From positions 19,219 through 83,218 of the forward strand of contig JBGAUV010000002.1 in NCBI GenBank assembly GCA_044228445.1: a stretch of DNA of 64,000 nt, written 5' to 3'. Position 1 is the stretch's first letter; every line of letters begins with the position of its first letter. Below the pieces are notes generated by a model. That model saw nothing but the letters and a program-made list of their open reading frames with translations. It was not told where the DNA came from and searched no databases. Positions 19,552 to 31,810 of this stretch are shown piece by piece. The position numbers and the translations under genes are program-made. The stretch comes from Minisyncoccia bacterium. GTDB lineage: Bacteria > Patescibacteriota > Minisyncoccia > Phycocordibacterales > PALSA-1337.

Positions 19552-21060
19552 ATGAAAAATAAACCAGTAATGCTAATTGTGCTCGATGGTTGGGGATATA
19601 GAGAAGATAAAGAAAATAATGCAGTTCTAGCTTCAAAAAAACCTTTTTTTGATAGTATTTGGAATAAATACCCACATTCATTACTTAAGGCTTCTGGAAA
19701 TGCAGTTGGACTTCCAGAAGGACAAATGGGTAATAGTGAAGTAGGGCATATGACAATTGGTGCTGGTTGTCCTATAGATACAGACCTTGTGAGAATTGAT
19801 AAAGCTATTGAAACAGGAGAATTTGATAAAAATCCTATACTTTTATCTCTATTTGATCATGTAAAGAGAAATAATTCTGTACTACATGTTCAAGGTCTAG
19901 TAAGTCCAGGAGGAGTTCATAGTCACATGAATCACCTTTTTGCTTTTTTAAGACTAGCAAAAAAACAAAATGTAAATAAAGTCGCAATACATGTATTTAC
20001 AGATGGAAGAGATACACCACCACAAAGTGCTAGTGAATATATAAATGAACTTGAAAATGTTTTAAAAGAATTTGGTCCAAGTTATTTTATCGCTACAATA
20101 TCAGGAAGATATTATGCAATGGATAGAGACAATAACTGGGATAGACTAGCAAAAGTAGAACAAGCAATGTTTGAATGTAAAGGAAATGTTTGTGAAATAT
20201 CTCCATCACTTTATTTAAAAGATCAATATAAAACTGGTAAAAAAGATGAACTTCTTGAACCTATAGTTTGTACAAATCTGGATGGTAATGGTTGTGCAAT
20301 ACAAGAGAATGATGCTGTATTTTTCTTTAACTTCCGTGCAGATAGAGCACGCATGCTTTCTGAAAAAATGATGGATAAAAAGGATTTAAAAAATCTATTA
20401 TTTATTACTCTTACTGAATACTGTAAAGATTTTACTTGCCAAATAGTATTTCCACCTATGGCTGTAAAGACAACTTTAGGAGAACAAATAAGTAAATCAG
20501 GTCTAAAGCAAGCTCACATAGCTGAAACAGAAAAGTTTGCACATGCTACATATTTTCTAAATGGAGGAAGAGAAACACCATATGATGGAGAAAGAGATAT
20601 TCTTCTTAATAGTAGAAAAGATATAAAGACTCATGATGAAGCTCCGGAAATGAGAGCGGAGGGTATAGCCGATAAAGCTATAGAAGAGATAAATGCAGGA
20701 ACTGATTTTATATTTATAAACTTTGCCAACCCTGACATGGTAGGACATACAGCAAATGTTCCAGCAATAATTAAAGCTATAGAGACTGTTGATACTCAAT
20801 TAAAAAGAGTTATATCAGCACTAGAAGAAAATGGAGGTGTTGCTGTCATAATAGCTGATCATGGAAATGCAGAAGTAAATATTGACCCAGTTACAGGAGA
20901 AAAACATACAGCACATACTACAAACCCAGTTCCTTGTATACTTACAAGTGCAGATTATAAGGTAAAAAATGGTGGTTTGGCAGATGTTGCACCTACAGTT
21001 CTAGACTTGCTTGGTTTACCAAAGAGTAAGGATATGTCAGGAAATAGTCTTTTAGCTTAG
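19552..21060 (+). CDS. gpmI: 2,3-bisphosphoglycerate-independent phosphoglycerate mutase
   Basis: The iPGM N-terminal phosphatase motifs are present (LIVLDGWGYRE...GNSEVGHMTIGAG), together with the transferase domain. Confidence 0.9.
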   Translation: MKNKPVMLIVLDGWGYREDKENNAVLASKKPFFDSIWNKYPHSLLKASGNAVGLPEGQMGNSEVGHMTIGAGCPIDTDLVRIDKAIETGEFDKNPILLSLFDHVKRNNSVLHVQGLVSPGGVHSHMNHLFAFLRLAKKQNVNKVAIHVFTDGRDTPPQSASEYINELENVLKEFGPSYFIATISGRYYAMDRDNNWDRLAKVEQAMFECKGNVCEISPSLYLKDQYKTGKKDELLEPIVCTNLDGNGCAIQENDAVFFFNFRADRARMLSEKMMDKKDLKNLLFITLTEYCKDFTCQIVFPPMAVKTTLGEQISKSGLKQAHIAETEKFAHATYFLNGGRETPYDGERDILLNSRKDIKTHDEAPEMRAEGIADKAIEEINAGTDFIFINFANPDMVGHTANVPAIIKAIETVDTQLKRVISALEENGGVAVIIADHGNAEVNIDPVTGEKHTAHTTNPVPCILTSADYKVKNGGLADVAPTVLDLLGLPKSKDMSGNSLLA

Positions 21061-21355
21061 TTTTGTATAAAATCATTTTCTAGTATTTTAGGTATAAAAT
21101 TTCTTGATTTTTACCTGGGTTTATTACTTAATTTTACTCATAATTACACCATACCGCAGGAGTACGATTTTATAAGGTTTTTTATATATATGTCTTTGAC
21201 CCAATGTCAAATAAATGAGAAAAAGGGGACTGGCCTTGAATTCATTTTATAATTTATAGCGACGGCTATAACCAACCGTCATTTATAATAAAATGGCAAA
21301 GAAACCAGCTCCAGCTCCAGTTTCACCAACTACTCCTCCACAGGCATAGTTGAAA

Positions 21356-21388
21356 GAAAAACCACCATACGGTGGTTTTTCTTTTGTT
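21356..21388. terminator. bidirectional intrinsic terminator (ACCACC-loop-GGUGGU flanked by A-run and T-run)
   Basis: The sequence aaaaaccaccatacggtggtttttcttttg lies downstream of the eno stop on the minus strand and of the gpmI/small-ORF region on the plus strand. Confidence 0.6.
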
Positions 21389-21418
21389 CGAATTACTCTT
21401 TATGTTTAGTATTTTTTT

Positions 21419-23603
<2,185 letters not shown>

Positions 23604-23684
23604 TTTTATAACTATAAGATTATGAGCCAATTAACCGTTAGAGGTATTGACGTTTACTAATTATTACTATATAATACAGGCATT

Positions 23685-25109
23685 ATGATAAATAAAACTA
23701 ATAAAGTATATAAAGCACTTATCGTCTTTGGAATCGTTTTCCTTGGCTCATTTTTCATATCTATAAATACATCAAAAGCTTTTGATATTACAAATCCTTT
23801 AGATCCATTTTGTCTATTTAGCTGTGACAATAAAGATCAGCCAACAGTTAAAAATATAACTACAAACAATATAAATAGTAATAACAGCACAGTAAATATT
23901 GGTGGTGTGCCGACTGCTTATGCTCAGTCATATACTTATTCAGCTTTAAGTGTTCAGTGTTACCCAGTTCAAACTACTGGTAGTGTTTCAGGTGTTATAA
24001 CTTGGAGAGCTTCTGTAACTGGAGGAAATGGAAATTATTCATATTCTTGGTCAGGTACTGATGGTCTGTCTGGAAGTGGTAATTCAGTGGATATAGTTTA
24101 TTCAAGTTCAGGCACAAAGTCTGCTTCAGTTTCTGTTAGTTCAAATGGTCAAACTGTAAATCGTACTTGTTCATCAATTTCAATAAGTGGCAATAATAAT
24201 TATTATTACGATAATAATTATAATAATGGTTACTATAACTACAATAACAACTATTACTATAACAATACTCCGCTTGTAGTTTCATGTAGAGCTGATAGAA
24301 CAACAGTAAATCCTGGAAGTTCAGTTACATGGTATGCAAGTGTTTCAGGTGGTAATGGTTCATATACATATTCTTGGTCAGGAAATGACAATCTCTATGG
24401 TTATCAAAGTTATGTAAATAAATTTTATGATACTGCAGGACAAAAATATGCAAATCTAATTGTATATTCAGGTAATCAACAAGTTGCTGTTCAATGTACA
24501 AATTCTGTATATGTTTCTTATACAGATTATTATTACAATAACAACACTGGTTCATACAATTATTATTATCCGACAGCAGTTTATCCAAGTTATTATCCTG
24601 TAAATACAACATACCCTACAAACAATATTCAAATAGCTTGTATAGCTTCTGATACTGAAACAAAGACTGGTGATCCAGTAACTTGGAGTGTTGAATCTAC
24701 AGGTGGCTATATATCAAGTTATGCTTGGAAAGGAAGCGAAGGTCTATCTGGTAATCAATCTAGCGTAGTTATAAGCTATCTATTACCAGGTACAAAGACA
24801 GCTTCAATAACTGCTTATACAACAAATGGTCAGACAATATCAAAATCATGTAGCAATAAAGTAGTAGTAAGTGAACAATATGTAAAATCTACACCAAGTA
24901 AAACTAACTATGTTACAGTAAAACCTAGTGCAAATAATGTAAGCATAATAAAATCAAAACCGAATACAAATAAATCTCTAGCAGAAACATTTTCAGTTTC
25001 ATCTCTATTATCTTTAAACAATGTTCCTTGGGCTTGGGTAGCGGTGCTTATGATCATTGTCTTGCTGATAATGGTAATATACCTTGTGATAAATAAGAGT
25101 AAGTTATAA
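23685..25109 (+). CDS. cell-surface repeat protein (three ~100-aa Ig-like/SprB- or PKD-like repeats, N/Y-rich spacers, C-terminal transmembrane anchor)
   Basis: It has a signal peptide. Repeats carry the motif (S/V)(V/S)TGGNG(N/S)Y(S/T)YSWSG...DG/DN. Low-complexity NNYYYNNNY spacers separate them. The C-terminus VPWAWVAVLMIIVLLIMVIYLVI is hydrophobic. Confidence 0.55.
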   Translation: MINKTNKVYKALIVFGIVFLGSFFISINTSKAFDITNPLDPFCLFSCDNKDQPTVKNITTNNINSNNSTVNIGGVPTAYAQSYTYSALSVQCYPVQTTGSVSGVITWRASVTGGNGNYSYSWSGTDGLSGSGNSVDIVYSSSGTKSASVSVSSNGQTVNRTCSSISISGNNNYYYDNNYNNGYYNYNNNYYYNNTPLVVSCRADRTTVNPGSSVTWYASVSGGNGSYTYSWSGNDNLYGYQSYVNKFYDTAGQKYANLIVYSGNQQVAVQCTNSVYVSYTDYYYNNNTGSYNYYYPTAVYPSYYPVNTTYPTNNIQIACIASDTETKTGDPVTWSVESTGGYISSYAWKGSEGLSGNQSSVVISYLLPGTKTASITAYTTNGQTISKSCSNKVVVSEQYVKSTPSKTNYVTVKPSANNVSIIKSKPNTNKSLAETFSVSSLLSLNNVPWAWVAVLMIIVLLIMVIYLVINKSKL

Positions 25110-25111
25110 AA

Positions 25112-25146
25112 AATAAAACCCCACATAATGTGGGGTTTTATTTTGC
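25112..25146. terminator. bidirectional intrinsic terminator
   Basis: The sequence aaaaccccacataatgtggggttttatttt lies between the convergent surface-protein gene and thrS. Confidence 0.65.
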
Positions 25147-25152
25147 TTAATA

Positions 25153-26910
25153 TTATTTTTTATTAGCAATCTCTTTATTTAGTCTTTCAACTACATCATT
25201 TAAATCTAGTTGACCTATCTGTCCATGATCTCTACTCTCTAGAGTTATTTTTCCTGCCTTTACATCTTTATCACCAATAATTATAAAGTATGGAATCTTT
25301 TCTACTTTTGCTTGGCGAATCTTTTTACCGAAACCATTTTCTGAAGTATTAAGTTCTACTCTTATATTATGTTTATTTAGTTCTAGTTTTACAGCTTTTG
25401 CTTGTTCCATTTGATCCTCACTTACAGGTATTACAGCAACTTGAACTGGAGAAAGCCAAAGAGGGAAGTTACCAGCAGTATGTTCTATTATGATTGATAA
25501 AAACCTCTCTATAGATCCCATAATAGCAGCGTGTATCATAACTATTCTTTCTTTTTCACCCTTCTCATTTACACATGTTAGATCGAATCTTTCAGGTTGA
25601 ACCATGTCTAGTTGAATTGTTGCCAACTGCCACTCTCTACCTATAGCGTCTTTTCCCAAGAAGTCTAGTTTTGGTCCATAAAATGCAGCCTCACCTATAC
25701 CGTCTATAAAAGGAACTCCTTTTTCTTTTGCTATTTCTTCTAGTATATTTTCCGCTAGTTTCCAATTTTCTTTACTGCCAAGATATTTTTCAGGATTTTG
25801 TGGATCATGTTTTGATATTCTAAGTTTTAATTCAAAACCAAAACTACCATAGAAAGTATGAACAATATCCCATATTTTTAGAAACTCATCTTTGACTTGA
25901 GACATTCTACAAAATACATGCGCATCATCCTGAGCAAATGCTCTTACTCTAGATAGACCAGAAAGCTCTCCAGTCTGTTCATCACGATAGCAAGTAGTTG
26001 TATTTGCATATCTTTGAGGTAGTTCTCTATAGCTCCAAGGTTTTCTTGCATAAATCTGAGTATGGTGCGGACAGTTCATAGGCTTCATAGCAAATTCATG
26101 TCCTTCTCTAGTTGTGATTTTGAATAATTCATCACTATATTTATCCCAGTGGCCGCTAGTCATGTACAATTCCTTTTTTGTTATGTGAGGAATTTCAACT
26201 CTTTCATAATCTTTCATGCTACGTAGACTCCAGATAAAAGAATCAAGATTGTTTCTAAGTACAGTTCCTTTTGGTGTCCATAATGGTAAACCTTGTCCAA
26301 CCAGTGGAGAGAATGTAAATAGATCCAGTTCCTTTCCTAGTTTTTTATGATCTCTTTTTTCTGCCTCCTCACGCATACTTTCATAATTCTTTAAATCTTC
26401 ATTTGTATCAAAAGCTAGACCATAAATACGAGTAAGCATTTTATTCTTTTCATCTCCTCTCCAGTATGCTCCAGCAACATGTGAAAGTCTCCAACTTCCT
26501 TTTTCAATATCTTTATTTGGATTAGTACTGTGACCTCCACGGCAAAGATCAGTAAAGTTCCCAACAGTATATAGTGTTATTTTTTCACCCTTTTTTGCTA
26601 TCTCTTCTATAAGCTCTATTTTGTATGGGTTATTTTTAAAGATTTCTTTTGCTTCTTTTTCACTTACTTCTCTATGAGTAAATTCTTTCCAAGATTTTAA
26701 AGTCTCTTTCATTTTATCCTCTATGGACTTTATATCCTTTTCAGTAACTGGAGTTTTGAATTCAAAGTCATAATAAAAACCATTGTCTATGCTTGGTCCT
26801 ATGGCATTTTTTGCTTCAGGATAAAGCTCTAGAACAGACGAGCCCAAAAGGTGAGCTAGTGTATGTCTTTTATGTGAAAGATTTTCTATATTGATATTTG
26901 GATTTTTCAT
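25153..26910 (-). CDS. thrS: threonine--tRNA ligase (lacking extended N-terminal TGS domain)
   Basis: The ThrRS-specific RDHKKLGKELDLF, the class II core and the C-terminal anticodon-binding domain are present. The editing-domain HxxxH-like HKRHTLAHLL lies at the N-terminus. Confidence 0.9.
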   Translation of the reverse strand: MKNPNINIENLSHKRHTLAHLLGSSVLELYPEAKNAIGPSIDNGFYYDFEFKTPVTEKDIKSIEDKMKETLKSWKEFTHREVSEKEAKEIFKNNPYKIELIEEIAKKGEKITLYTVGNFTDLCRGGHSTNPNKDIEKGSWRLSHVAGAYWRGDEKNKMLTRIYGLAFDTNEDLKNYESMREEAEKRDHKKLGKELDLFTFSPLVGQGLPLWTPKGTVLRNNLDSFIWSLRSMKDYERVEIPHITKKELYMTSGHWDKYSDELFKITTREGHEFAMKPMNCPHHTQIYARKPWSYRELPQRYANTTTCYRDEQTGELSGLSRVRAFAQDDAHVFCRMSQVKDEFLKIWDIVHTFYGSFGFELKLRISKHDPQNPEKYLGSKENWKLAENILEEIAKEKGVPFIDGIGEAAFYGPKLDFLGKDAIGREWQLATIQLDMVQPERFDLTCVNEKGEKERIVMIHAAIMGSIERFLSIIIEHTAGNFPLWLSPVQVAVIPVSEDQMEQAKAVKLELNKHNIRVELNTSENGFGKKIRQAKVEKIPYFIIIGDKDVKAGKITLESRDHGQIGQLDLNDVVERLNKEIANKK

Positions 26911-27090
26911 AACAGTACTTTAGCATTTTATGTATTTAAAGGGGAGAGGGGGTTGACCATATTATTATAATATTTTATTATTTTATATAGATATAGATTT
27001 ATTGAGTGATCTATCACAAATCAGTCACATAGACTGAAATACTCAATAGGGTTATATAGTTATGTTCCTTAAACAATACTATAAGCACAT

Positions 27091-27441
27091 ATGGATACAG
27101 GAGTTGTCTGGATTGAGAATATTGCTTGTTACGGACCAACAATCAATATTGGTTTCAGAAGTGATTTGCAGTTTCTACCAGGTGGTTCACTGATTTTTCT
27201 TGAGAAAAAAGATATCGCTAAGATAGTTGATCATCATACTAGCTCAAACAGCGATGTGTCTGGTGCCTTTGAAATGGTGTACAATAGACTGAATCCAAGA
27301 ATTTTCAATGATCAACTTGAATTTGTAGAATTCGTTTGGCAGAAAATGGGGAACAGTATCGGTCATGATTGGCACCCCAGTGCTTTAAATGAATTTGTTA
27401 TGTACAAAGGATTCTTGATTCGGGTGTGGTATGTAAGATAA
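27091..27441 (+). CDS. hypothetical protein (orphan, GC-richer than neighbours)
   Basis: The 116-aa ORF has no recognisable motif. It is followed by a hairpin plus T-run terminator at about 27455-27497. Confidence 0.35.
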   Translation: MDTGVVWIENIACYGPTINIGFRSDLQFLPGGSLIFLEKKDIAKIVDHHTSSNSDVSGAFEMVYNRLNPRIFNDQLEFVEFVWQKMGNSIGHDWHPSALNEFVMYKGFLIRVWYVR

Positions 27442-27502
27442 AAATCTCACCACACTTTCAGATCCCGTCTCGATTTATCGAGCGGGGTTTTTCTTTTACA
27501 CA

Positions 27503-30500
27503 CTAAGCCAACCTTTTTACCTTTTCAACTATAATACTTTTTTCACCTTTTCTTTCTGAAACTTTTCCTTTTATTGCTACACAAGCATCTTTTGTAAAAC
27601 TTGATTTGAATTCTACTAAAGTTCTAGGAAATACTACTGCTTCTATACTTCCAGAAAAGTCTGCGAGCTTTATGAAAAGCATAGTGTTACCATCTTTTGT
27701 TGCTATTGGTTTTCCTTCTTCTATAACACAAGCTATGGTGACGATATCATTTGCTTTGCATCTTTCTTTTATTTTTTTTATATCTATATCTTTTTCTTCT
27801 ATTATTTTTCTATATGCATCTAGGGGGTGGCCTGAAACGTACAAACCTAGTAATTCTTTTTCCCAACCTAGTCTTTCTTTTGGACTGATATTGTCTGCTG
27901 GAGCTAGTTTTAGACCAGGAAGTGTAGTTTTATCAGACATGAGACCAAAGAGCGAATCTTGATTGTCTGCTTCTTTTGCTCTTTCTTTATTGTATTCGAG
28001 TAGTGTCTCTATATTTGCAATTAATATTCCTCTATCTATACCGAAACTATCCAAAGCTCCTGATTTTATGAGTGCTTCTAGTGATTTTTTATTTAAATTT
28101 CTATCTTTTACTCTATCTAGGAAGTCTGGTAAAGATTTAAATTTTCCATTCTTTTTTCTTTCATCTATTATTGCTGTTGCAATTCCTTGACCGAAGTTTT
28201 TTATAGTAACTAGTCCAAAACGAATACGGTGTGAAGGTGGTTTCTTGGTGGTATTTGAAGTAGAAGAATCTGATGTGGAAGAAGAAGTATCTTCACGAGT
28301 CCGAGGACTGTCTGAGCGTAGCGATAGCGTAGCGAGTTCCGCAGGACGAAGTGGAGATACTTCTTCTTCCGCATTTTCCTCGGCTTCCACACCAGAAACA
28401 TCCTTAACCACTGTAAACTGACTATAACTTTCATTTATATCCGGTGGAAGGATGGGAATACTCATACGTTTACATTCCGCTACTATTTCTGCAATCTTTT
28501 CTACATCACCAGAATCAGCAGTAAGTACAGCTGACATATATATAGCGGGGAAGTTGGCTTTCATATAGCTTGTTTGATAGGCTACACGACCATAACTAGC
28601 AGCATGAGCTTTGTTAAAACCGTAAGCGGCAAAAGGTTCTATGAGTAACCAAAGCTTTTTTGATTTTGAATCTGAAAGACCTCCTTTTTTAAATCCAGCC
28701 ATGAGTTTGTCTTTCTGTTCGGCCATTTCTTTTGGAATTTTTTTACCCATAGCTTTTCTAAGCTTATCTGCTTCAAGCCAAGAGTATCCCGCAAGTTTAA
28801 TGGCAATCATCATAACGTCGTCTTGATATGTAATAACTCCATAAGACATATCTAGTATGTCTTTCATTCTAGGATCGAGATATTCTACTTTGCTATTATC
28901 ATGTTTTCTTTCTATGTATACAGGAATCATTTCAAGAGGTCCTGGACGATAGAGGGCAACCATCGCATTTATATCGTGTATTCGACTTGGCTTTAGATCA
29001 ATTAAAAATCTAGTCATACCGCTACCATTTAATTGGAATAGGCCTATTGTTTCTCCTCTAGCGAGCATTTCAAAAGTCTTTTTATCATCAAGAGGAATAT
29101 TTTCTATATCAATATCTATATTTTCAATTTTCTTTACTCTATCTACTGCATCAGCAAGTATTGAAAGGTTTTTTATTCCTAGAAAGTCGAACTTGAGTAG
29201 ACCTATTCCATCTTCACCAACATCATGCATGTCGTATTGAGTAATAATTTTCTTTTCACCTTTTGTATCGTATTGAAGTGGAGCATTTTCAATAAGTGGT
29301 GTTGGAGCGATCACAACTCCAGCAGCGTGTACGGAAATGTGTCTGGCACAGCCTTCTATTTTCATAGCCATGTCTATTATTCTTTTTGTATCTGCATTTT
29401 TTTCATATTGTTCTTTTAGTTCAGGAACTTCTGCTAGGGCTCTCTCTATAGTCATAGGGAAACCTTGAGCACCCATGGGTATGAGTTTTGATATTTTATC
29501 GCCAATTTCATATGGATAACCCATACTTCTTGCTACATCCCTCACTGAACCTTTGGCCATCATAGTTCCAAATGTTCCGATCTGAGCAACTTTATCATGA
29601 CCATATTTTCTTCGAGCATATTCTATAACTTCATCGCGACGATTATCGGCAAAGTCCATGTCGATATCGGGAGCAGAAGGACGTTCTGGGTTTAAAAATC
29701 TTTCAAAAGGAAGTTTGTATTCAAGAGGATTAACATTTGTAATACCTGCCAAGTATGTCACTAGAGAACCAGCCACCGAACCTCTGATGTTTGTTAGAAT
29801 TCCATTTGCATGAGAATAGTGCAATAAATCCCATACCACGAGAAAATATTGAGAATATCCTTTATCCTTTATAACTTTTAATTCATATTCAATACGATCA
29901 ATTAATTCTTTTGTTTCTTGAACTTTTCTTTTAGCAATACCCTCAAAAACAATTCTACGAAGTTCATCATCATAAGATAGTCCTGATTCAACTATGAAGT
30001 TTGGGAATATCCATTTACCTAGTGTTATATCAATATTGCACATATCGGCAATCTTTTTTGTATTTGCTATTGCTTCAGGAATATCTTTAAAGAGTTCTTC
30101 GGCTCTTTCTCCTGATATAAAAGAAAAATCTTCATCTTCACTTTCATCTCTTTTATCACTGGCATCTCCAAGTGTATTTACAAGTACTAGAGTATCACGA
30201 GCTTCACGATCCTCCGGGTGAATATAGTAAACATCATGAGCTGCGACAATTTGAGTATTAGTCTCTTTTGCAAAAGCAATCAGGTCTTTCATTAAAGGTT
30301 CATGATTTGGAATTTCTGGGTGACGAGTTATTTCTAAAAAGAAATTGTCACTACCATAAATGGTTTTATAAAAGTTCAATTTAGCCAAGGCTTTCTCTTT
30401 ATTTTTATTCTTTAAAGCCTGAGCAATTTCTCCAGAAAAACTAGGTGATATGCATACTAAGTTTTCATTATATTTTTCTATTAATTCTTCATCAATACGA

Positions 30501-30853
30501 GGTTTATAATAAAAGCCTTCAAGATGTGAAAGTGTTACTAACTTTATTAAGTTTTTATAACCATCATGATTTTTTGCAAGTAAAACTAGTCTTGATCTCT
30601 TATTATCAATACCTGCTTGCATATCAGTTCTAGTTCTTGCCGCTACATAAAAATCTACACCAAGAATTGGCTTTATCTCTTTCTTTTTACATACTTTATA
30701 GAATTCTATAGCACCATACATATTTCCAGCATCAGTTAAAGCTAAAGCCGGCATGCCATATTTTTTTGCTTGTCCTACCAAGTCATCAATCTTCGGTAGG
30801 GCATTCAAAAGTGAATAGTGGCTATGTGTATGAAGGTGTATAAAATCAGACAT
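27503..30853 (-). CDS. dnaE: DNA polymerase III alpha subunit
   Basis: The PHP domain (HLHTHSHYSLL), the polymerase core and a C-terminal OB fold are present. A Ser/acidic low-complexity insertion sits at about aa 820-880. Confidence 0.9.
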   Translation of the reverse strand: MSDFIHLHTHSHYSLLNALPKIDDLVGQAKKYGMPALALTDAGNMYGAIEFYKVCKKKEIKPILGVDFYVAARTRTDMQAGIDNKRSRLVLLAKNHDGYKNLIKLVTLSHLEGFYYKPRIDEELIEKYNENLVCISPSFSGEIAQALKNKNKEKALAKLNFYKTIYGSDNFFLEITRHPEIPNHEPLMKDLIAFAKETNTQIVAAHDVYYIHPEDREARDTLVLVNTLGDASDKRDESEDEDFSFISGERAEELFKDIPEAIANTKKIADMCNIDITLGKWIFPNFIVESGLSYDDELRRIVFEGIAKRKVQETKELIDRIEYELKVIKDKGYSQYFLVVWDLLHYSHANGILTNIRGSVAGSLVTYLAGITNVNPLEYKLPFERFLNPERPSAPDIDMDFADNRRDEVIEYARRKYGHDKVAQIGTFGTMMAKGSVRDVARSMGYPYEIGDKISKLIPMGAQGFPMTIERALAEVPELKEQYEKNADTKRIIDMAMKIEGCARHISVHAAGVVIAPTPLIENAPLQYDTKGEKKIITQYDMHDVGEDGIGLLKFDFLGIKNLSILADAVDRVKKIENIDIDIENIPLDDKKTFEMLARGETIGLFQLNGSGMTRFLIDLKPSRIHDINAMVALYRPGPLEMIPVYIERKHDNSKVEYLDPRMKDILDMSYGVITYQDDVMMIAIKLAGYSWLEADKLRKAMGKKIPKEMAEQKDKLMAGFKKGGLSDSKSKKLWLLIEPFAAYGFNKAHAASYGRVAYQTSYMKANFPAIYMSAVLTADSGDVEKIAEIVAECKRMSIPILPPDINESYSQFTVVKDVSGVEAEENAEEEVSPLRPAELATLSLRSDSPRTREDTSSSTSDSSTSNTTKKPPSHRIRFGLVTIKNFGQGIATAIIDERKKNGKFKSLPDFLDRVKDRNLNKKSLEALIKSGALDSFGIDRGILIANIETLLEYNKERAKEADNQDSLFGLMSDKTTLPGLKLAPADNISPKERLGWEKELLGLYVSGHPLDAYRKIIEEKDIDIKKIKERCKANDIVTIACVIEEGKPIATKDGNTMLFIKLADFSGSIEAVVFPRTLVEFKSSFTKDACVAIKGKVSERKGEKSIIVEKVKRLA

Positions 30854-30897
30854 AGTTGAAGTATATCAAAAAATTTTGTTTATGAGATAATCAGAGT

Positions 30898-31497
30898 ATG
30901 AAATTTATCGTCGGTATAGATGAAGTTGGTCGTGGACCCATAGCCGGACCTGTTGCTGTTGGGGCTTTTGTAATACTCAATAATGATATTTTAAATGACT
31001 TTATTGGAGTTAAAGAGAGTAAACAGCTTTCAGCAAAAAAGCGTGAGATATGGTTTGAAAAAATTCAAAATTTTAAAAAAGATAATAAGGTAAATTTCTC
31101 TGTAAATTTTCAAAGTGAAAAAGTTATAGATAGTATGGGTATATCATATGCAATAAGAACAGCACTTAGTGAATGTTTAAATGAATTAAACTTACAAACA
31201 GACATGGTCGAAGTTTTACTCGATGGAGGACTAAAAGCTCCAGTAAATTATATAAATCAAAAGACTATTATTAAAGGTGATGAAAAAGAAATAGTTATAG
31301 CCCTAGCTTCAATATGTGCAAAAGTTATGAGGGATAGACTGATGATAGATTTATCAAATAAATATGATAAATATGGTTTTGAAAAACATATGGGTTATGG
31401 TACTAAAGCCCACTATAAAGCTATTGAACAATATGGTATAACTCCAGTGCATAGAACCTCTTTTTTATCAAAAATCTTGCAAAAAAAGCACAAATAA
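30898..31497 (+). CDS. rnhB: ribonuclease HII
   Basis: The sequence begins MKFIVGIDEVGRGPIAGPVAVGAFV and has the DSK/HMGYGT catalytic motifs. Confidence 0.9.
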   Translation: MKFIVGIDEVGRGPIAGPVAVGAFVILNNDILNDFIGVKESKQLSAKKREIWFEKIQNFKKDNKVNFSVNFQSEKVIDSMGISYAIRTALSECLNELNLQTDMVEVLLDGGLKAPVNYINQKTIIKGDEKEIVIALASICAKVMRDRLMIDLSNKYDKYGFEKHMGYGTKAHYKAIEQYGITPVHRTSFLSKILQKKHK

Positions 31498-31514
31498 TGT
31501 AATCTAATATCACT

Positions 31515-31739
31515 ATGGTAAACCGAATGAGGGCCACACGTGCCCACAGAGATAATAGAAGATCACACCACGCTCTAACTCCAGTGCGTCTTTCAAAGTG
31601 TCAAAACTGCGGAGCCTCACATATAAGACATACTCTATGTAAAGAATGTGGACACTATAAGGGTAAAAAGGTTATAGATATGACAACACTAGTAGCTAAA
31701 AAGACAGCAAAAGCAAAAGAAAAGGCAAGTGCAAAATAA
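31515..31739 (+). CDS. rpmF: 50S ribosomal protein L32 with Lys-rich C-terminal extension
   Basis: The sequence reads RRSHHALTPVRLSKCQNCGASHIRHTLCKECGHYKGKKV and has a zinc-ribbon CxxC..CxxC. Confidence 0.8.
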   Translation: MVNRMRATRAHRDNRRSHHALTPVRLSKCQNCGASHIRHTLCKECGHYKGKKVIDMTTLVAKKTAKAKEKASAK

Positions 31740-31810
31740 ATAGGATTTAAGTAAGTAGTTCTTCAAAAAAATAAAGATGAAAAATATAAAAGAGAAAAAA
31801 GAATAAAAAA

